64,000 nucleotides of DNA from the human T2T-CHM13v2.0 reference genome, Homo sapiens (GCF_009914755.1 NC_060933.1); one strand, 5' to 3'. Counted from the first letter of the stretch, positions 40,791 through 56,922 are shown. Notes: generated by a model from the sequence alone, not told the origin. Program-made: numbers and translations.

Positions 40791-41019
40791 AAAAGGAGGA
40801 GGCAGGTGAGTGTGTTATGAAAGATGCCTGTGTTACTGGCATCACTGAAACACACAATGAATGCAGCTATAGAGGCATATTTGGGTTGGGATGAAACAAG
40901 GAGAAGGAGTTCAAAAGTGCCTTCCAGTTGCTGGCCTGTGAATCAGAGGCAGGCATACAGGGCAGTTCACCTTCAGCCACAACATTTCTTTCCTATGCAG
41001 AGATGCAGGAGCAATTGAG

Positions 41020-41083
41020 GCATACATATGCATGTTTGTATGCATGTGTGTGTGTGCATGTACATGCATGCATGAGTACCTGC

Positions 41084-41118
<35 letters not shown>
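41020..41118. repeat. Alternating purine/pyrimidine tract ending in (TG)16
   Basis: catacatatgcatg...tgcatgtacatgcatgcatg...(tg)n. Confidence 0.9.
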
Positions 41119-41122
<4 letters not shown>

Positions 41123-44100
41123 GAGCAGGCAAACAAAGACCTGTGAGACCACCTGTTTTCATCATCTGCTGATTCTCAAAGTGTAGTCCAATGTTCTAAA
41201 GAGGTCCCATGGGGTATCGGGGGTTAATCTTCCATAGAACTAATACCTATAACGTTACAAGGCTCAGGCTTTGTTTTCTACCCAGGATTAATCATTCACT
41301 CATGGGCTTTAATACAAGCCAGACACAACCTCACTGTGCAAAGCAATGCCAGCTCCCCTTCCATTCTGATGCTAGCTTTTACATTCTTGTTGTCAGAGTG
41401 GGAACTAGGTTTTTGCCCCAGTTTCAGAATCCTATGAAGTGAAAAGTTTAGAAACTTCCATCCAAGGATGTTAGTCAAAAATGCCAGGACAGCTGGACTC
41501 AGCCATTAATTTGCCATATGACTTGCGGCCATTTATTTCCCATATCTGGGCTTTAGTATCCATCCCACAATGAGAAACTTGGAGTAAGTGATATTCAAAG
41601 TCATCCAGCTCTGATTTCTACATATTTGTGTTTCCTTCTTGAGCTAAGCTCTGTGTATACGAAGTCAGTCTCCAAAAATTTTAAGCAGAGAATTTTGAGA
41701 TGCTTGAACTTCTTACTGTCTGGGAATTAGACTGAAAAACTCTCAGACCAGGAAAGATTATTGAAGATCATCTATGCCAGGACTGACACTTGACATATGA
41801 GAGAATTGAGCTGAAAGAGGAAGCCACTTCTTCAGAGTCACACAGCCATTCAATGGCAGAACAGAGAATTGAACTTAGCGCTCCTAATTCCCAGTCCAGG
41901 TGTTTCTTCCCCTATGTAACAGAGTGTTGGACATTGGCCAGACCTTGGGACTCACATTTGAACTCAGCTCCCTCTGATCATAGAGAAGTCTCCCTTGTTT
42001 GCTGGGAATGAAATCTTAGAGAGCTGACATAGTAACGTCATGGCAGCTGGTGCCGGTGATGGGGTTGGTATAGGAAATGAGAGAACACATTTGGCTAAGC
42101 TCAGGGTTCATGTGACCCTCCAAGAGTCTTAATTTCAAAACAAACTCAACCTTTTAGGTTCAAGTTCTCTCTCTCATCAGAAATGTGACTTCCTGCTTCT
42201 AAGAAGCAAGGCTTACAAAAGAGCTCAGAAGACTTCGTGGACATCAAATAGCTCTTACAAAATAGCGTTTTGATGAGTTAAGTGTAAATGAATCAGAAAC
42301 ATAAGGATTACATTTTCCCCAAGTGCACATGGGTTTCAGAATTGAGGGGAAATGTAGTTTGCTAACTGCACGCTGGTTTTCATGGAACTCAAGCCACTCC
42401 TGGGAAGGGTAAGGGGAGAGAAGAAAGAGAAGCCCAGTCCCCAAATGGTTTTAGATGTGGTGCCAAATTCGAAAATGCTGTTGGGTTTGCCCTCTGCCAG
42501 TAATAAAATTGCTGGCCACCCAGAGAGGCCACAGGGAGGAGAAAGGAGATGGCTTTCCTTACTGGCCCCTAGTCCTCCACAACTGTGTTCAGTTAGTGCC
42601 GCTCAATCACCAGCTGTCACTGGGGCCCTCCGTTGGACTCCCTGGCCCTGACTTGGCCTCGATTTTCACACTCTGCAGCATGCCTGTTTACCTCCAACTG
42701 TATCTGGTGTTTTGGCTCCCAGAGTCCTTGGTGACTGGTCAGCTTGTCACAAGCCCCTGCTCTGTAATCAAGTGACCTGTCCATCACCAGTAGAATGTTT
42801 GGGGAAGCTGTCACACATCGCCTTTGGTTGCATTCAGGAAAAAAACAAGAGTTCTTTGTAGATCTTTTCCTCTCTCCCTTCTTTAATGCTATCCAGGTGT
42901 GGAGTTTCCTCCAAACTGTTAAATGTCTTCCCTTCAAATCTCAGTCTGACACAAATTACCAGTTAAATCTCAGGACCGCTGTTACCTCGTCCCGGGATTC
43001 GAAGCTCTGGATCTTTTATAATTTCCACATTGTCCCTCCATTCTTTCCCTTCTATTTTGTTTTATTGCACCAAGAAAGTAGAAAATCATTTCAATTGGTG
43101 GTAAAAGATGATTAAAACAAAATAACAAAGGCCTTGGCTGCAAACTGTTAGTTTTATTAAATTGGCTACTGTGTTTTAAATTAGTACCAGGGCAAATCTT
43201 TGGACAATTATATCAAAGATTGCTGGAATTAATCAGTCACATGTACACAATTGCTCCTTTCAGAGCCTTGTACAGAGTAAGGATGTCGTTGCCAGTAGGA
43301 AAAGAATGAGTTTTGCATTACCTGTGTGAGAGGGATGGACCCTAGCCCCATTGAGAAGGAATCCAAATGCCCAATGGAGTCTCAGATCTCTGTCATCTCA
43401 TTTTTCATTTATTTAATCCAGACAATGGGTTGGAGCTCACAGTGACCACCAGGAGAAATAAGAAAATGGATGTTACAGGGCAAAAGGCCATTTTCCCAAA
43501 GATTTTTTCTTGGCACTGAGTCCTCAGCATGACAGCTTTGCTTTAATAAGGGGGCACCTGAAGTGGAAGGGCTGCAGTCTACTGAGTAGCTGGGTCCAGA
43601 AAGAGGGAAGATGGGTGTGGTGGGATCCCAGGCTATACAAAGACTGGAGGCAGATTCAGTATCTCAACTACCCTTAGCACATCTAAGTTCTGACTTCTAC
43701 AGCTGGAGATAGGCTGGAGGCTTGGAGAATTATTGCATTCAGTTCCTTGCGTTTACAACAGTGATTCTCCGTCACTTGATGATTCAAGCCCCAACATCTC
43801 ACCTCAGAGCCTCCTGCCATCTACTGCTCACTCCACCCAACCATTTTAGCGAAACGTTTCCACTTCCTTTGGTATACCGTGAATTTCAGTCTAAATGAAC
43901 TGTTCTTAATCTAGAAAAATTTACCTCTGTCTTGTTTTATGCTGTTTCTACTGCTCAGAGCACTATACTTATCACTCACATTTTTTGATATGTGTGCTTT
44001 CTCAAACTATTAATTCATTCAACAGATATTGCTGAGAACTTATTCTGTGCTAGGCACTGCACCAGGCACAGAGATACAGCAAGGAAGGGCTAATATTCTC

Positions 44101-45567
44101 TGTCCTTGAAGCACTTAACATACACCAAGGTAGTCAGGCATTCAACATGTGATTGCAAAATGTGTGCTCACTTTTGTAATAAAGTATGGGACACTAAGGA
44201 TACCTGTGGAAGGAAACCAACATAACCCAGCTATCAAAAAAAAAAGCCTCCCTAAGCCTTTCTCGTTCTTTAAACCACTATTTGGTCTTCCTCTGCTAGC
44301 ACTCTCCAAACTCTACTTTGTGTTACAATCACACTCTACTTGGTTTATCCTCTCTTTTGCCCTTTGAACTGTTTGAAACCAATGGCAGTATCTTCTTCAT
44401 CTTTGAGTCCTCCATTTTGACTGAGCTTCATACATTTTTTTAAAAAATTGAACAATAAAAGTGATGTCCAGAGAAAAATAGCTGATTGGGCCACAATCAC
44501 AACAAAAACTAATAAAACAGTAGCCATTTTTTTCTGATACTTGGTCCACAGTCAGTATGTTAAACTATCTTTCAAAACATTTCTTCCCAAGGGCATACAA
44601 TACTTTCTGTCTCAGATCCTTACCAACCACCCCTCACCACCAATAAAAAGTGAGACCAAAGTACCTCTCAGTCAACAGAAATAAAAGGTTTCCTTAAAAA
44701 TTCAGAGTAATACTCAGACAAAATTGGAATTAAGGCATACATAGTCATCACTCAGTGGAAAAAACTGTGTGTATATAACTTTAATATGTGAATATTAAGA
44801 AATAAATTCTTTTGAGAAGACTAATCACAGCTCCAACGCCATTCAGTAAAGAAGGACATTTTGTAAGTTTTAGTTATTGTTAAATAAAATAGAATATAAA
44901 AATATCTAGCATACTACCAAAATTTTCTAGGTACTCAATTTATTCCATCCTACAGGGAATATTTGGTCTCTTTGCCTTCAGGTACTGCCTTTTCAACTTT
45001 CCTTCCAAACTCATTATCTATACTGCTACCTAAATGGTCTTCCACCAAACAAGTATGATGATGTCATTTGCTGGGAAAGCCAGTCCTTTCCTCTTTCTCC
45101 TGATGACTTCTGACTTTCTCCAGTCAAGCCAGTATACCTCCTTGGGAAATTTTCTCACTCCCTCCCCATCATCAAGGGTAAGAAACCAACCCTCTGTGCT
45201 CCTACAGCCCCTACATTTTTTAGGCTGTTTTAAAGCCTCAATTTTAATGTTGTCTCTTCCTTGCCATCCAATGAGCATCCTAAAAGCAGGACCATAATGT
45301 GTTCATCTTTGCATCCCAGAAACCAGTGAAGGCTATTTCGTTGGATAAGTGTAAGCATACCTAAAACAATACAAATATATTTATTCAGAAATTTTAAAAA
45401 ATAATCAAACCATAAATATAATCAGCTAGCATTAAGCTACTATCTGGGTTTACTTGTCAGTCTTTCTTCATGAACACTAAATATGAAATGATATTACAAA
45501 TTTGTGATCTTATATTTATACAAAATAATGTGTGTATGTGTGTTTACACGTAGAAAGATACTGAAAG

Positions 45568-45876
45568 GGCCGGGCATGGTGGCTCACACCTGTAATCCCA
45601 GCACTTTGGGAGGCCAGGGTGGGCGGATCACAAGGTCAGGAGATCGAGACCATCCCGGCTAATACGGTGAAACCCCATCTCTACTAAAAATACAAAAAAT
45701 TAGCCGGGCGTGGTGGTGGGCGCCTGTAATCCCAGCTACTCAGGAAGCTGAGGCAGGAGAATGGCGTGAACCTGGGAGGCGGAGCTTGCAGTGAGCCAAG
45801 ACTGCACCACTGCACTCCAGCCTGGGTGACAGAGCAAGACTCCGTCTCAAAAAAAAAAAAAAAAAAAAAGAGAGAA
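45568..45876 (+). mobile_element. AluY
   Basis: gagatcgagaccatcc...gaatggcgtgaacc...gcggagcttgcag diagnostics; TSD agaaaga(t/c)actgaaag at 45552-45567 and 45877-45892. Confidence 0.95.
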
Positions 45877-48485
45877 AGAAAGACACTGAAAGGATCCTGA
45901 CCAAAACGTTCCTGGTAGCTGTCTCAGGATAATGGAATTTGAGATTATTCTACTTTAATTCTTTCATATAGCCTTCTAATTTGCTATAATAAGCATGGAT
46001 GATTTTTATTTTGGGGAGAAAAAAGCAATTGAGATTATATACTGTCACTTCCCAGTCTTTTTTTAAAAGTCAGCTTCCATTCTAAAGATATGTTTGCGTT
46101 GAAACGATTGTTCTCTACCTTTCTACATTTAAAAAATATATAATATAATATACTCTGAGTTTCACCTTCCTAAAATACTTTAGAACCATAAAGGGAAGCT
46201 TGTTTTATCTTCAAATAGTTTTTGTGGTCTGTATTTTACTGGATATTACTATATGGCTCACTAGGGTGTGCCCATCCAAAAAGTCAGCTCAATGTCTTGG
46301 AAAGATAAAGGGTTCTAGAGTCAAACAGCATGGTTTAAATCTTGTTTTATAATTGTTACATCTCTGACATTGAGCAGATGACTGAACTACATTGAATCGC
46401 AACTAAAAAATTCAAATAATTTCTGCCTTTCAGGTTTATATTAGAAATAGTATGGAAAATTTGGTAAAGTAACTAAACTAAAAACTTTTCCAATATGAGC
46501 ATCCATTGGATATTCTAGATAAAATATTACAGATATAACTAGCATCCTTTAAAATGCATGATTGAGATTAGAAAAACAGAAAAGGATATTTCCAGGGGCA
46601 AGACATGCAAGAAATAAAATAGAACTGGGAACTAAACAGGTAAACCCTGGATCTAAATTTGTGGTTGGTATAGTTTGGATAAGGGAGAGCCATCAGTTTT
46701 GGCAATTGAGTGGCTTGAATATTCTTGTTCACCCCAGGAGAGATGTGGCTTTGCAACTCTGCAAGGTAGTGTATTGGGACTAACACTTTTAAAATAAGGA
46801 TTTTAAATGAGATTTTCAGGACCCCTGAAACGACCCCTGAAAATCTACATGTTTGGTGAAAGGGTGTACTAGGGAAAAAATATGTATATGCATATGTCTA
46901 GCTACCTACCTTAATACCATGATAATTAACATGATTTGATTTAACTGTCATCTTACTATCTTTGCCTAGGATCTAAGTGGAAATTTATAACCATTGTCTT
47001 ATACCTCAAAAGACTTGATGTTTGAATTTATACTGCTCAGTATGGTGTGAAAATGCCTGAGCTGAAAAATTAAGTGAAAAAAAAAAAAAGATTCCAGGTT
47101 AGTGATGTTGCAGGGATACCTAGAAATTAACGTAAAATCGCTCTGAGGGAGGACATGGACTTGACCCAGGGAGCACATGATTCCCACAGATTAAAACCCA
47201 CTGAATCTGAAAATTAAAAACATGAAAAAAGTAAACAAGGCATCAAAATAAGGGTCAGTAAACAACCTAAGGGCTTTTTACTAAATTTTGACTTTGGTGA
47301 GAAGTATACAAATTAGTATTTTAGAATAAACAGAATGCAATAACAACAAAAAATAAATAAAACTAGAAAGTACAATTTTCACAGTTAAGATGAACAAAGA
47401 AGAGACAAATAATGGAAATTTAAAAATTCGATAAATCCAAGTGAAGGGAAGAAAGGAGGAAAGGAATAAATAAGCAAGGAAAAAATGGAAACATAAGTCA
47501 TTATACTAATCAGATTAAAGCCAATTGGATGAAGATAGAGCTTCTCTAGTCAGATTTAACTCAAGAGTTTTGCTGAAAGGTTAAAGGTAAAGGTGGGGAC
47601 AATATTTACCAGGTAAATGCTAACTAAATAAATTAATATAGTTTTCAGACTAAGGAAACATTTGGCAAATATGTTACTGTGATTTAAAAAAAGAAGTCAC
47701 CACATAATGATAAAAGGAAGATATTATGATTTACAACCTGAATTTATGAAATAATATGACCTGAAAATATATAAGTCAATGACTTTTACCTAAAAAAAGA
47801 TAAATGCATGACATTGTGATATTTTAACACATTTTTCTCAATAATTTATAGATCAAGCAAACTAAAATATAGTAATAATCTAGAAGATCTTGAACAACAC
47901 AAAAAAGTTTGAGCTGATAAAAATGTATAGAACCCTGATACAGAACTAAATTATGAATATTTCCTTCTTGAATAGAGATGTAGACTATTTTTTAAAGTTT
48001 TTTTTTTACCATGTACTAGGCCACAAAACAAATTTAAACAAATATCAAAGTATCAGTATCAGATAGAACATAAGCTCTGTCCACAATGCAGCACATTAAC
48101 AAACAAAACACAAATAAACAAATGAAAAAGGTAAAACTTTTCAATCAATGGAATTTCTAACAAGCGAAAATCTTATATATTTGCCAACAGAATTCAGCAA
48201 TGTATTAAAAACCACATATAATGTTAAAGAGGTGACTTTAATATTAGGTGGTCTATTAATGTAATTCACAATATTTGTGAATTAAATAATTTTTAAAACA
48301 GGAATTTTTACTAGATGTAGTTTTTAAAACCCTGTAAAATCAGATTCCTTCATGATGAAAAAATTATAGTAAACTGGGAATAAGTACAATGTAAAAAGTT
48401 TTTTGATCACAGGGTCATCTTCAGAATGCCCAGTTTTGCCATTGGTCTCCTACCTAGCGCAGCTGGACAAAAAATAAAAACAAAA

Positions 48486-48828
<343 letters not shown>

Positions 48829-49407
48829 CTACTGGAAACAATATAGAAAAATTACTAAGAATCAACAATTACTAGAACAAATAAAACAGTCTATGAGGAC
48901 TTCTAAATATAATATAAATTTATATAAAACTCAATTATTTTTATTATCCCCAAACTATTAGAATACAAATAAACCTACACGTAATTATGTGTATGTGTGT
49001 GTGTGTGTAAATAGCTAGATAAAAAGCTACTATTTACTGTAGGACTGACACCTATAAAATGCTTAGAGTAAGGCATATATTGCTAATAAAAAATCATCAC
49101 CATTTTTATAATGAAAGCTTTAAAACTTTACTGAAACTATAAAAGAAGACCTAAATAAGTAAAAAGATAAACTGTGTGCATAAATGGGGGAAGACACAGT
49201 ATCATAAAAATGCCCTTTCTCCTCAAATACACTGATACATTCAATGAAATTGGAATCAAAATCCCAACAGGCATTTGTAAGGAGAAAGCTTCACATGGAA
49301 TTTCACATGGAAGAGCAAGGGGCCCTTTTGAAAAGGAAAACTATAGAATGAACTTATAATGTAAATCAAGACTTTTATGTTGCTGTGGAAATCGCTATAG
49401 ACTGCTA

Positions 49408-49818
<411 letters not shown>

Positions 49819-49911
49819 TTATCTTAAAGAGATTAACTAGTGCTGGACAAATAATTTTAATACATATTTGGGGGGAAAAACAATCCTTATTTCACATCAT
49901 TTAAAAAACTA

Positions 49912-50313
<402 letters not shown>

Positions 50314-52054
50314 CTATTTTATGATCTTAGATTAAAGGAATGTTTATTCAACAACATATGAAAAACACAAATCATGAAGGATACAAAATTCTCTTATCAA
50401 CAAAGCAGCATAAACATAATGAAAAATTAGGAGTCATAGACCATGAAATGGTATTTACAATGGCTTTAATTATAAAGAATTAATATCCAGTATATGTAAA
50501 TATACTTATGTATTAATATAGAAAAACAAAACTTAATTTAAAATAGGCAAAAAGATGAACAAACAATATGCATGACTAGAAACCTACTTGATCCACAAAC
50601 ATGTGAAAAGATACTCAGGCTTGTTAGTAATCAGGGAAAGGCAAAATAAAACAATAATTAAGTATCATTTAGTAACCATCAGATTGACCAAAAAAAATTA
50701 CATATTTGGCAGAATCAAGTGCTGACAAGGACCAGCACTTTGGGAATGGGAAGCCTTTGTGCAGATGTGTTAATTGATACAATCATTTTGGTAAATACTT
50801 TGGCAATATCTAATAGTTGAAGATGCAATTATCTTAACCTAATGATACCATTTTAGCCTTTTTTCCCTCAGAAAACTCTTGCTATGTGCACAGAGGAAAA
50901 GAACACAAATATTTCAAGTAACATTGTAAATAATAAACACAGTGATTAAATAACAATAATAGCAATAATAAAAGAACCAACCTAGGTATCTATCAAGAAA
51001 AGAATGGCCAAATAAATTATGATATATTCATATGGTAAAATATTTATGTTAGTGAAAATAAATACGCCAGATCTACTTGTAGCAATATGTGTGATCTCAA
51101 ACAATGCTAAGGAAAAAAGAAAAACAGCCAGCTACAAAATAAGTATAGTATTGAAACATCTATGAAATTTAAAATATGTAAAACAATACACTGTGCAAAA
51201 AGTGTAAAAATGTGCATGGGAAGGAAATGAGATACAGGAGGAGCATACAGGTGGGTTTAAACTTGATCAGTATTTATTCCTTTCACACCAAAAACAAAAG
51301 ATATGAAGAAAATATGGCACAATGTTATAATTTGACAAAGCTGTATAGTAAGCCTATGAAAATTTGTTATAGTATAGTCTGTACTTTTCTATATAAGTGA
51401 AGTATTTTCTAATTAAAACAATAATAATAGCATGTATAGTCTTTGGCACATCATCTCAGGCTCAAAAAGTGAATGTTTCCTTCCCTTCCCATTCTTGGCT
51501 GGAGGGTTATATACAAAGTGCCCAGACATTACCCTCTGGTTCTTAGCTCAAGGCTACACTGGAATACTTGGACTCTTCCTGAGCCAAAGTCATCCTAGGT
51601 GGTCCCATCTTACATCTTCTAACTCAGACAATCTGGGTGGTAGGTCCAGACCTACACACGTTCTCAGTGCAGAATTTTAAATGCTGAAGCAGTTTCTAGC
51701 CTATGGAAAAGCTCAAGACATAAGGATACAACACAACACTCCTCCTTAAATTAGACCCATGGATTGCAGAACTAATCATCACATCCTTCCCAGATTCTTC
51801 TTTCATAGTTAAAAAAAAAATGGGTGGACAGAAAGAGGAAATGGCTTGTCTATGGTCAATGAGTCAACGGTAGTATTTCATAGGGAAATACTATGAAATT
51901 AATACAGAAAAACAAAGATTTGGAAGTCATGAAACACAAATTCCAAATCTTTCAACTGGTCTTTGTATGTAAGGTCTTTGTGATCCAAAACAAAGTCTTT
52001 TGATTTCTATTCTGCTGTACTTTGAGAAAGCTTGGGGCTTCTGTCTTTGGAAAG

Positions 52055-52275
52055 CACTGTCTTGGAATGGAGTTAGACAGAACTGGTTCAAATCCCTACT
52101 CCATGACAAAAATATTGTGACTATCGGCAAGTAGCTTAATCTTCCTAAGTGTTAGTTTCCTCATCTCACAAGGAGGATAATTATTCGAGGGATTGTTCTT
52201 TTGGTTGAGACTGTAAATACAAAATATGATACGTAGTGCGTAGCATATAATAAGTAGGCAACACATAGAAACTAT
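52055..52275 (+). mobile_element. MIR SINE
   Basis: ggagttagacagaactggttcaaatcc...ggcaagtagcttaatcttcctaagtgttagtttcctcatct...taataagtaggcaacac. Confidence 0.75.
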
Positions 52276-52997
52276 GATAGCTGTTTTTATTCCAGAGGAT
52301 GAAGTTTTAAAGAAATATAACACAGTTTAGTTATAGAGACTATTTGAAGAGATAGACAATGATAAACGAATGCTATGATATAGAAACAATAGGATCAATA
52401 ATGAGTATTTAAGGAGCTCAGAGAGAGTTTTCTGGAAGAAGCAAAATGTGATGTTTCCATAGGGTAATGAGCCTGTCTCTCCCCTTCCTCCTATATGACT
52501 TTTTTGTTTCTTATTTGACCTTCACAGTGGTATGGGACAAGAATCAAACATCCTAATTAAAAGACAGAAAAACAGACCCCCGCAAAATCACATGACTTGT
52601 CTACAGATTTCAGATAGGTTTTAATTGACCTATCATATTAACTACATACCAATAAACTTTAATTTATGCATTTTAAATGCATATTTAAGCTTAAGTCATA
52701 AGGTGCTTACCCTCCTTATGTATATATTAATATTTTAGATAATGATTTCACAACCTGTAATTAAATTTTAGTGTAAGTTGTGCTCTAAATTCGATACACA
52801 TTTACCATCAGTATGACTTTCTGAGGCAGAATACTGAGATCATATCAACCAGAAATGCCAGCATTTTTGTTTCTAATTATCAGAAATACAACCCTATGGC
52901 ACATATGCCATTTGCGATATGTGTTAAAGAATGACGGTTAAATGTAGAAAAAAGTGTTTTGTTTTGTTTTGTTTTGTTTAAAAAAAAAATGCATGAG

Positions 52998-53283
52998 GGC
53001 CAGGCACAGTGGCTCATGCCTGTAATCCCAGCACTTTGGGAGGCCGAGTGAGGAGGCTCACTGGATCCCAGGTGTTCTAAACCAGCCTGCGCAACCTGAT
53101 TAGACCCCATCTCTACAAAATATATTTTAAAAATTAGCCACTGTGGTGGTGCATGCCTGTAGTCCCAGCTACTCGGGAGGCTGAGGTGGGAGGATTGGTT
53201 GAGCCAGCGAGTTTGAGGCTACAGTGAGAGCTGTGACTTCTGCCTGGGTGACAGAGCAAGACTGTCTTAAAAAAAAAAAAAAA
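52998..53283 (+). mobile_element. AluJ
   Basis: ggccaggcacagtggctca...gggaggattggttgagcc...gagtttgaggctacagtgag...poly-A. Confidence 0.9.
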
Positions 53284-56200
53284 TCGCAAAGATTCCACAG
53301 AACAACCCTTCAAAATAGACAAACAACTTCATCACATTTAAATATATTAGCTACAAACATAAAATATTCAGATGCAGACTTTATGATTTACTACTACGGA
53401 TGGTTGAAGTTTAAAAAGAAAAAACTTAAAATGGCATTCAGAATTTGATGTGAGAAATCAGAAGTAGCCAAAATAATCACATCTCAGGTGATCTGCTAAA
53501 ATTTTAGTTCCAAAGAAAGAGTAAATTGGAAGTTTCAGCTTGGTAGCAAGCTGCTGTCGCTGCACTAAATGAAAAGATTTTGAGCTGGACAGTGGCTCTA
53601 AATTTAAGAATATTCTGACGATGTTGGCAAGACTGGAAACGGGATATGCTTGAAGCAGGACATTAAGCCAGAGGCTGCTTTGGCCGTCAAGATTGACATA
53701 TGGGCCTCAGGAGAGCTGAAGAAAGGATGACGTGGAAACTCCTGGGTGGGGAGAATTGAGAGGGCTTAGGGTCCATCTGAATGTAGGAGGCACAGGAGGG
53801 GAAGGAGTTCAAGTGATAGCATAAGGCTTTCCAGATGGTTTTAGGAGCAGCTGAAAGGAACAACTTGACAAAAATGTCCTACTTTTAGACCAACAATGAA
53901 ATAGGTTCTAACCTCCAGCAAAGCCTTCAGAAGCCACTAGCTTATCCTTCTGAAAGAAATCTATTCTACCTAGGTTCTTGAGAAAAGAGCCCTCATTTAA
54001 CATTAACTCTGACTTAAACTTGGGTAAAATATAGTTTTATCATAGGAATTTTTCCGTGGAAAACATAATCTTTTTAGTAACTGCTGTACCCATCCCACTG
54101 TCCCCACCTTTTAACTTAAGGGAGTGACTTGGGTTTTTATTTTTCAATCTGAAAACTTGGGATAACAACACCTTCCTCAAAGAGCTGCTTAAGCTTCTGG
54201 AAAACAATGAAATATGAACCACACACACACAGCTAGAAGAAGGAAGGTTATTAAGGTTTCTGTACTAATCAAATATGATGTTAGTGGATAAGAAGGAGGT
54301 CGGTGGGTAGACGTTACAGGGACACAGATTTCGCCCCAGGGTAAAGAGAAACCTTCTGGGATCCAGAATTTTCAGAAGCTGAAATGGGTCACCTGGAAAG
54401 AGAGCAAGCTGCCAGGCACTGGGGGTGTTCCAGCCAAGTGAAGTAGTAGAAAAGATATTTTCATCAAGCCACGGCACACATGGTAGATGATGGCTGCATC
54501 TTCACGGGTTTGCCTCACCAAGGTTACATTACTTATTTGTCTCTCCATCTCTTCTAGTAAGGGGACCATAGCATAAATTCAGTGGACAGGAATGTTGATA
54601 ATTAACCATTAATTGTAATGGATTAACATTTATTAAATGTTCGTCATAGGCTGGGCCCATATGTGCTTTATAATTGTTCTCATGCTTCATCTGCAGATAA
54701 ATGCTGTGAAGCCAGGTTTATGACTGATTTGAAATAGGCTCAGAAAGGTAAAACACCGGCCCATGACTTCCTGGCTAATAAGTGAGGCAGCCAGGACAGA
54801 AACACATGTTTTCTTGTCTCTGTGTTGATATTTATTGAGGAAAAGGAGGAGGAAGAGACGCGACGAGAGGACAAAGTGGAGAGAGGAGCAAAACATTCAC
54901 AAATATTAGCCAACCACCTTAAATATCATCAGCCGCAAATCACTCGTGACACATGCCAGAAGTGAAAAACACAATGTAGAGAAGTACTTTTCATACTCAC
55001 CCTTTTCCAGAGAACTACCCCCATCTACTTAGACAATGACTGGATAGCCCCAGTGGACTGGGATGTAGTCTGAAGAAAATTTCTTATTTTATATCACAAT
55101 GTGGCCGTTTAAAAAATATAAAGCATGCCTCTGTATTTTAGAAAAAAATGAACGCATAATACAAGGCATGTCATATTTATCATGTACCTTTGTGTATCCC
55201 CTGGGATTGTTACTTTTTTCTCCACCCCACTCCAGTTTTAGAATTATCACCAGGTGAAGTATATGCTCATTAGTCTAGATGTGGATAAAGTAGCCAATAA
55301 GCTAAATGAAATCATAAACCCTATAATTCTATCAACAAATTAGGATTCGAGGTTTACAAAACAACCATCATTCATGCATAAAAATCTCTCAAGATATTGG
55401 TATGTCCACCTATTTCATCTTCATTGGCAGAGCACTAAATCTCCAGGGATTTTTGGTCTACCCACAATATTAGCAGTTCCAGTGCTGCTAAAACAAACTC
55501 CCTTTGGGGTAATACATCCAACATTCTCAGGAAAGTTGTGTTCTTTCCCAGAGTCCTTCAATGCTCATAAACTCCAGCTCATTATTGTGTTGAGAGTCTG
55601 AAGACATTCTCTGTCCATTGCCCCTGCACCTGTTATCTTGTTGGCCTTAACCAAACAGCCCAAGTCCTAACAGCAGCTGAAATAACAGACGGGTAGGAGA
55701 ACTTGAGATTTTTTGACATCATCCTTTTGTTTATGAAATCCCCCCCAACGCTGGAATCTGACAGGAATTCTCTTCATTATCATTTTGTGTTTTTTCCCAT
55801 GGTACTTTGTTGTTATTAAAAAATTATTACTAAAAATAATTGATGCAGAGGTAGATGAAAGACAGGAATAACATCTTCATTTGAAAATTGTCAAAAAGGA
55901 CATAGGGAGGGGGATGTGGTCGTGTGGAATTGACATAAACATATATTTGCCTTGGAGGATAATTGGCAGTAGCTGTGTTCATTTGGTGGTGTGTTTGTGA
56001 GGAAGCCCAAGCAGGTACTAGGAGGTCTTTAGGTCAGAGGAGAGATGCAGTCTAGGCAAGTTGGAAATCTGGCAGGAAGCAGTCCTTGGAATTGCGATTC
56101 CCAGGACATGACCCAACTTTGCAAGGGGTGAGGTTATTAAAACAGACCTAAAATAGGGATAAGATAGGCAGAATATAGGATATCACTTAATAGCATATGA

Positions 56201-56922
56201 TTGTAAGCAAGTTGCTTTACCTTCCTATGCCTCAGATTCACCATCTGTAAAATCAACATGTAAATACTAGCAGCCATGTAGGGATGTTTTGTTTCTCAAA
56301 TAAGAAATTCATGAAAAGTGTTTAGCCTAAGGCCCTATATTCTATTAATGGATGCTGCTATTATTATTATTATTTTGTCGAGAGTGAAAGAAATAGGGAG
56401 AAGCAAGTGGCAGGGAGGCAGAGAGCCACTGTACACACAGCATCAGAAAAGGGTTTGCTCACGTGTAATGGAGTTTCTGCTCAGGTCTTAAAATGAGGAA
56501 ACATAATCAGATAATGCCCTAAGAATCTGATGTGGTGCTTTCCCACCTCTATGCTTTTGTTTATATTTATTTTTCCTGGATGGCTTCCTCACAAACGTCT
56601 TCATTTTTAGTCATTTGCCATCTGATACTTTTCCAACAGGGTTGCTGTATAGGTTAAATTAAAGAAAAAAACAACACCTAGTAAGTACATAGTTATCAGT
56701 CAATTGATGCTGGTTATTACTGTACATTTTAGTGTAGTCCATTATACTTAGCTAACTGATGTAGCCATAGTGGACAATAGAAAGTATTGGATAGCTAAAT
56801 GTGCATTTGATTTCAAAAATGAGCAAGACTGATAGAACCTACTCCAGGGGATCAATTTTCCATTCTCTCTTTGTCTGCCCAGTATTGTAATTGTATAATT
56901 ATGTCTTCTTTGTATTTTCCAG

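Noticed and set aside
44965-44990. Possible recursive splice site cag|gtactg in the 30-kb intron 7
   Set aside because: The regenerated donor GTACTG is weak and nothing else supports it.
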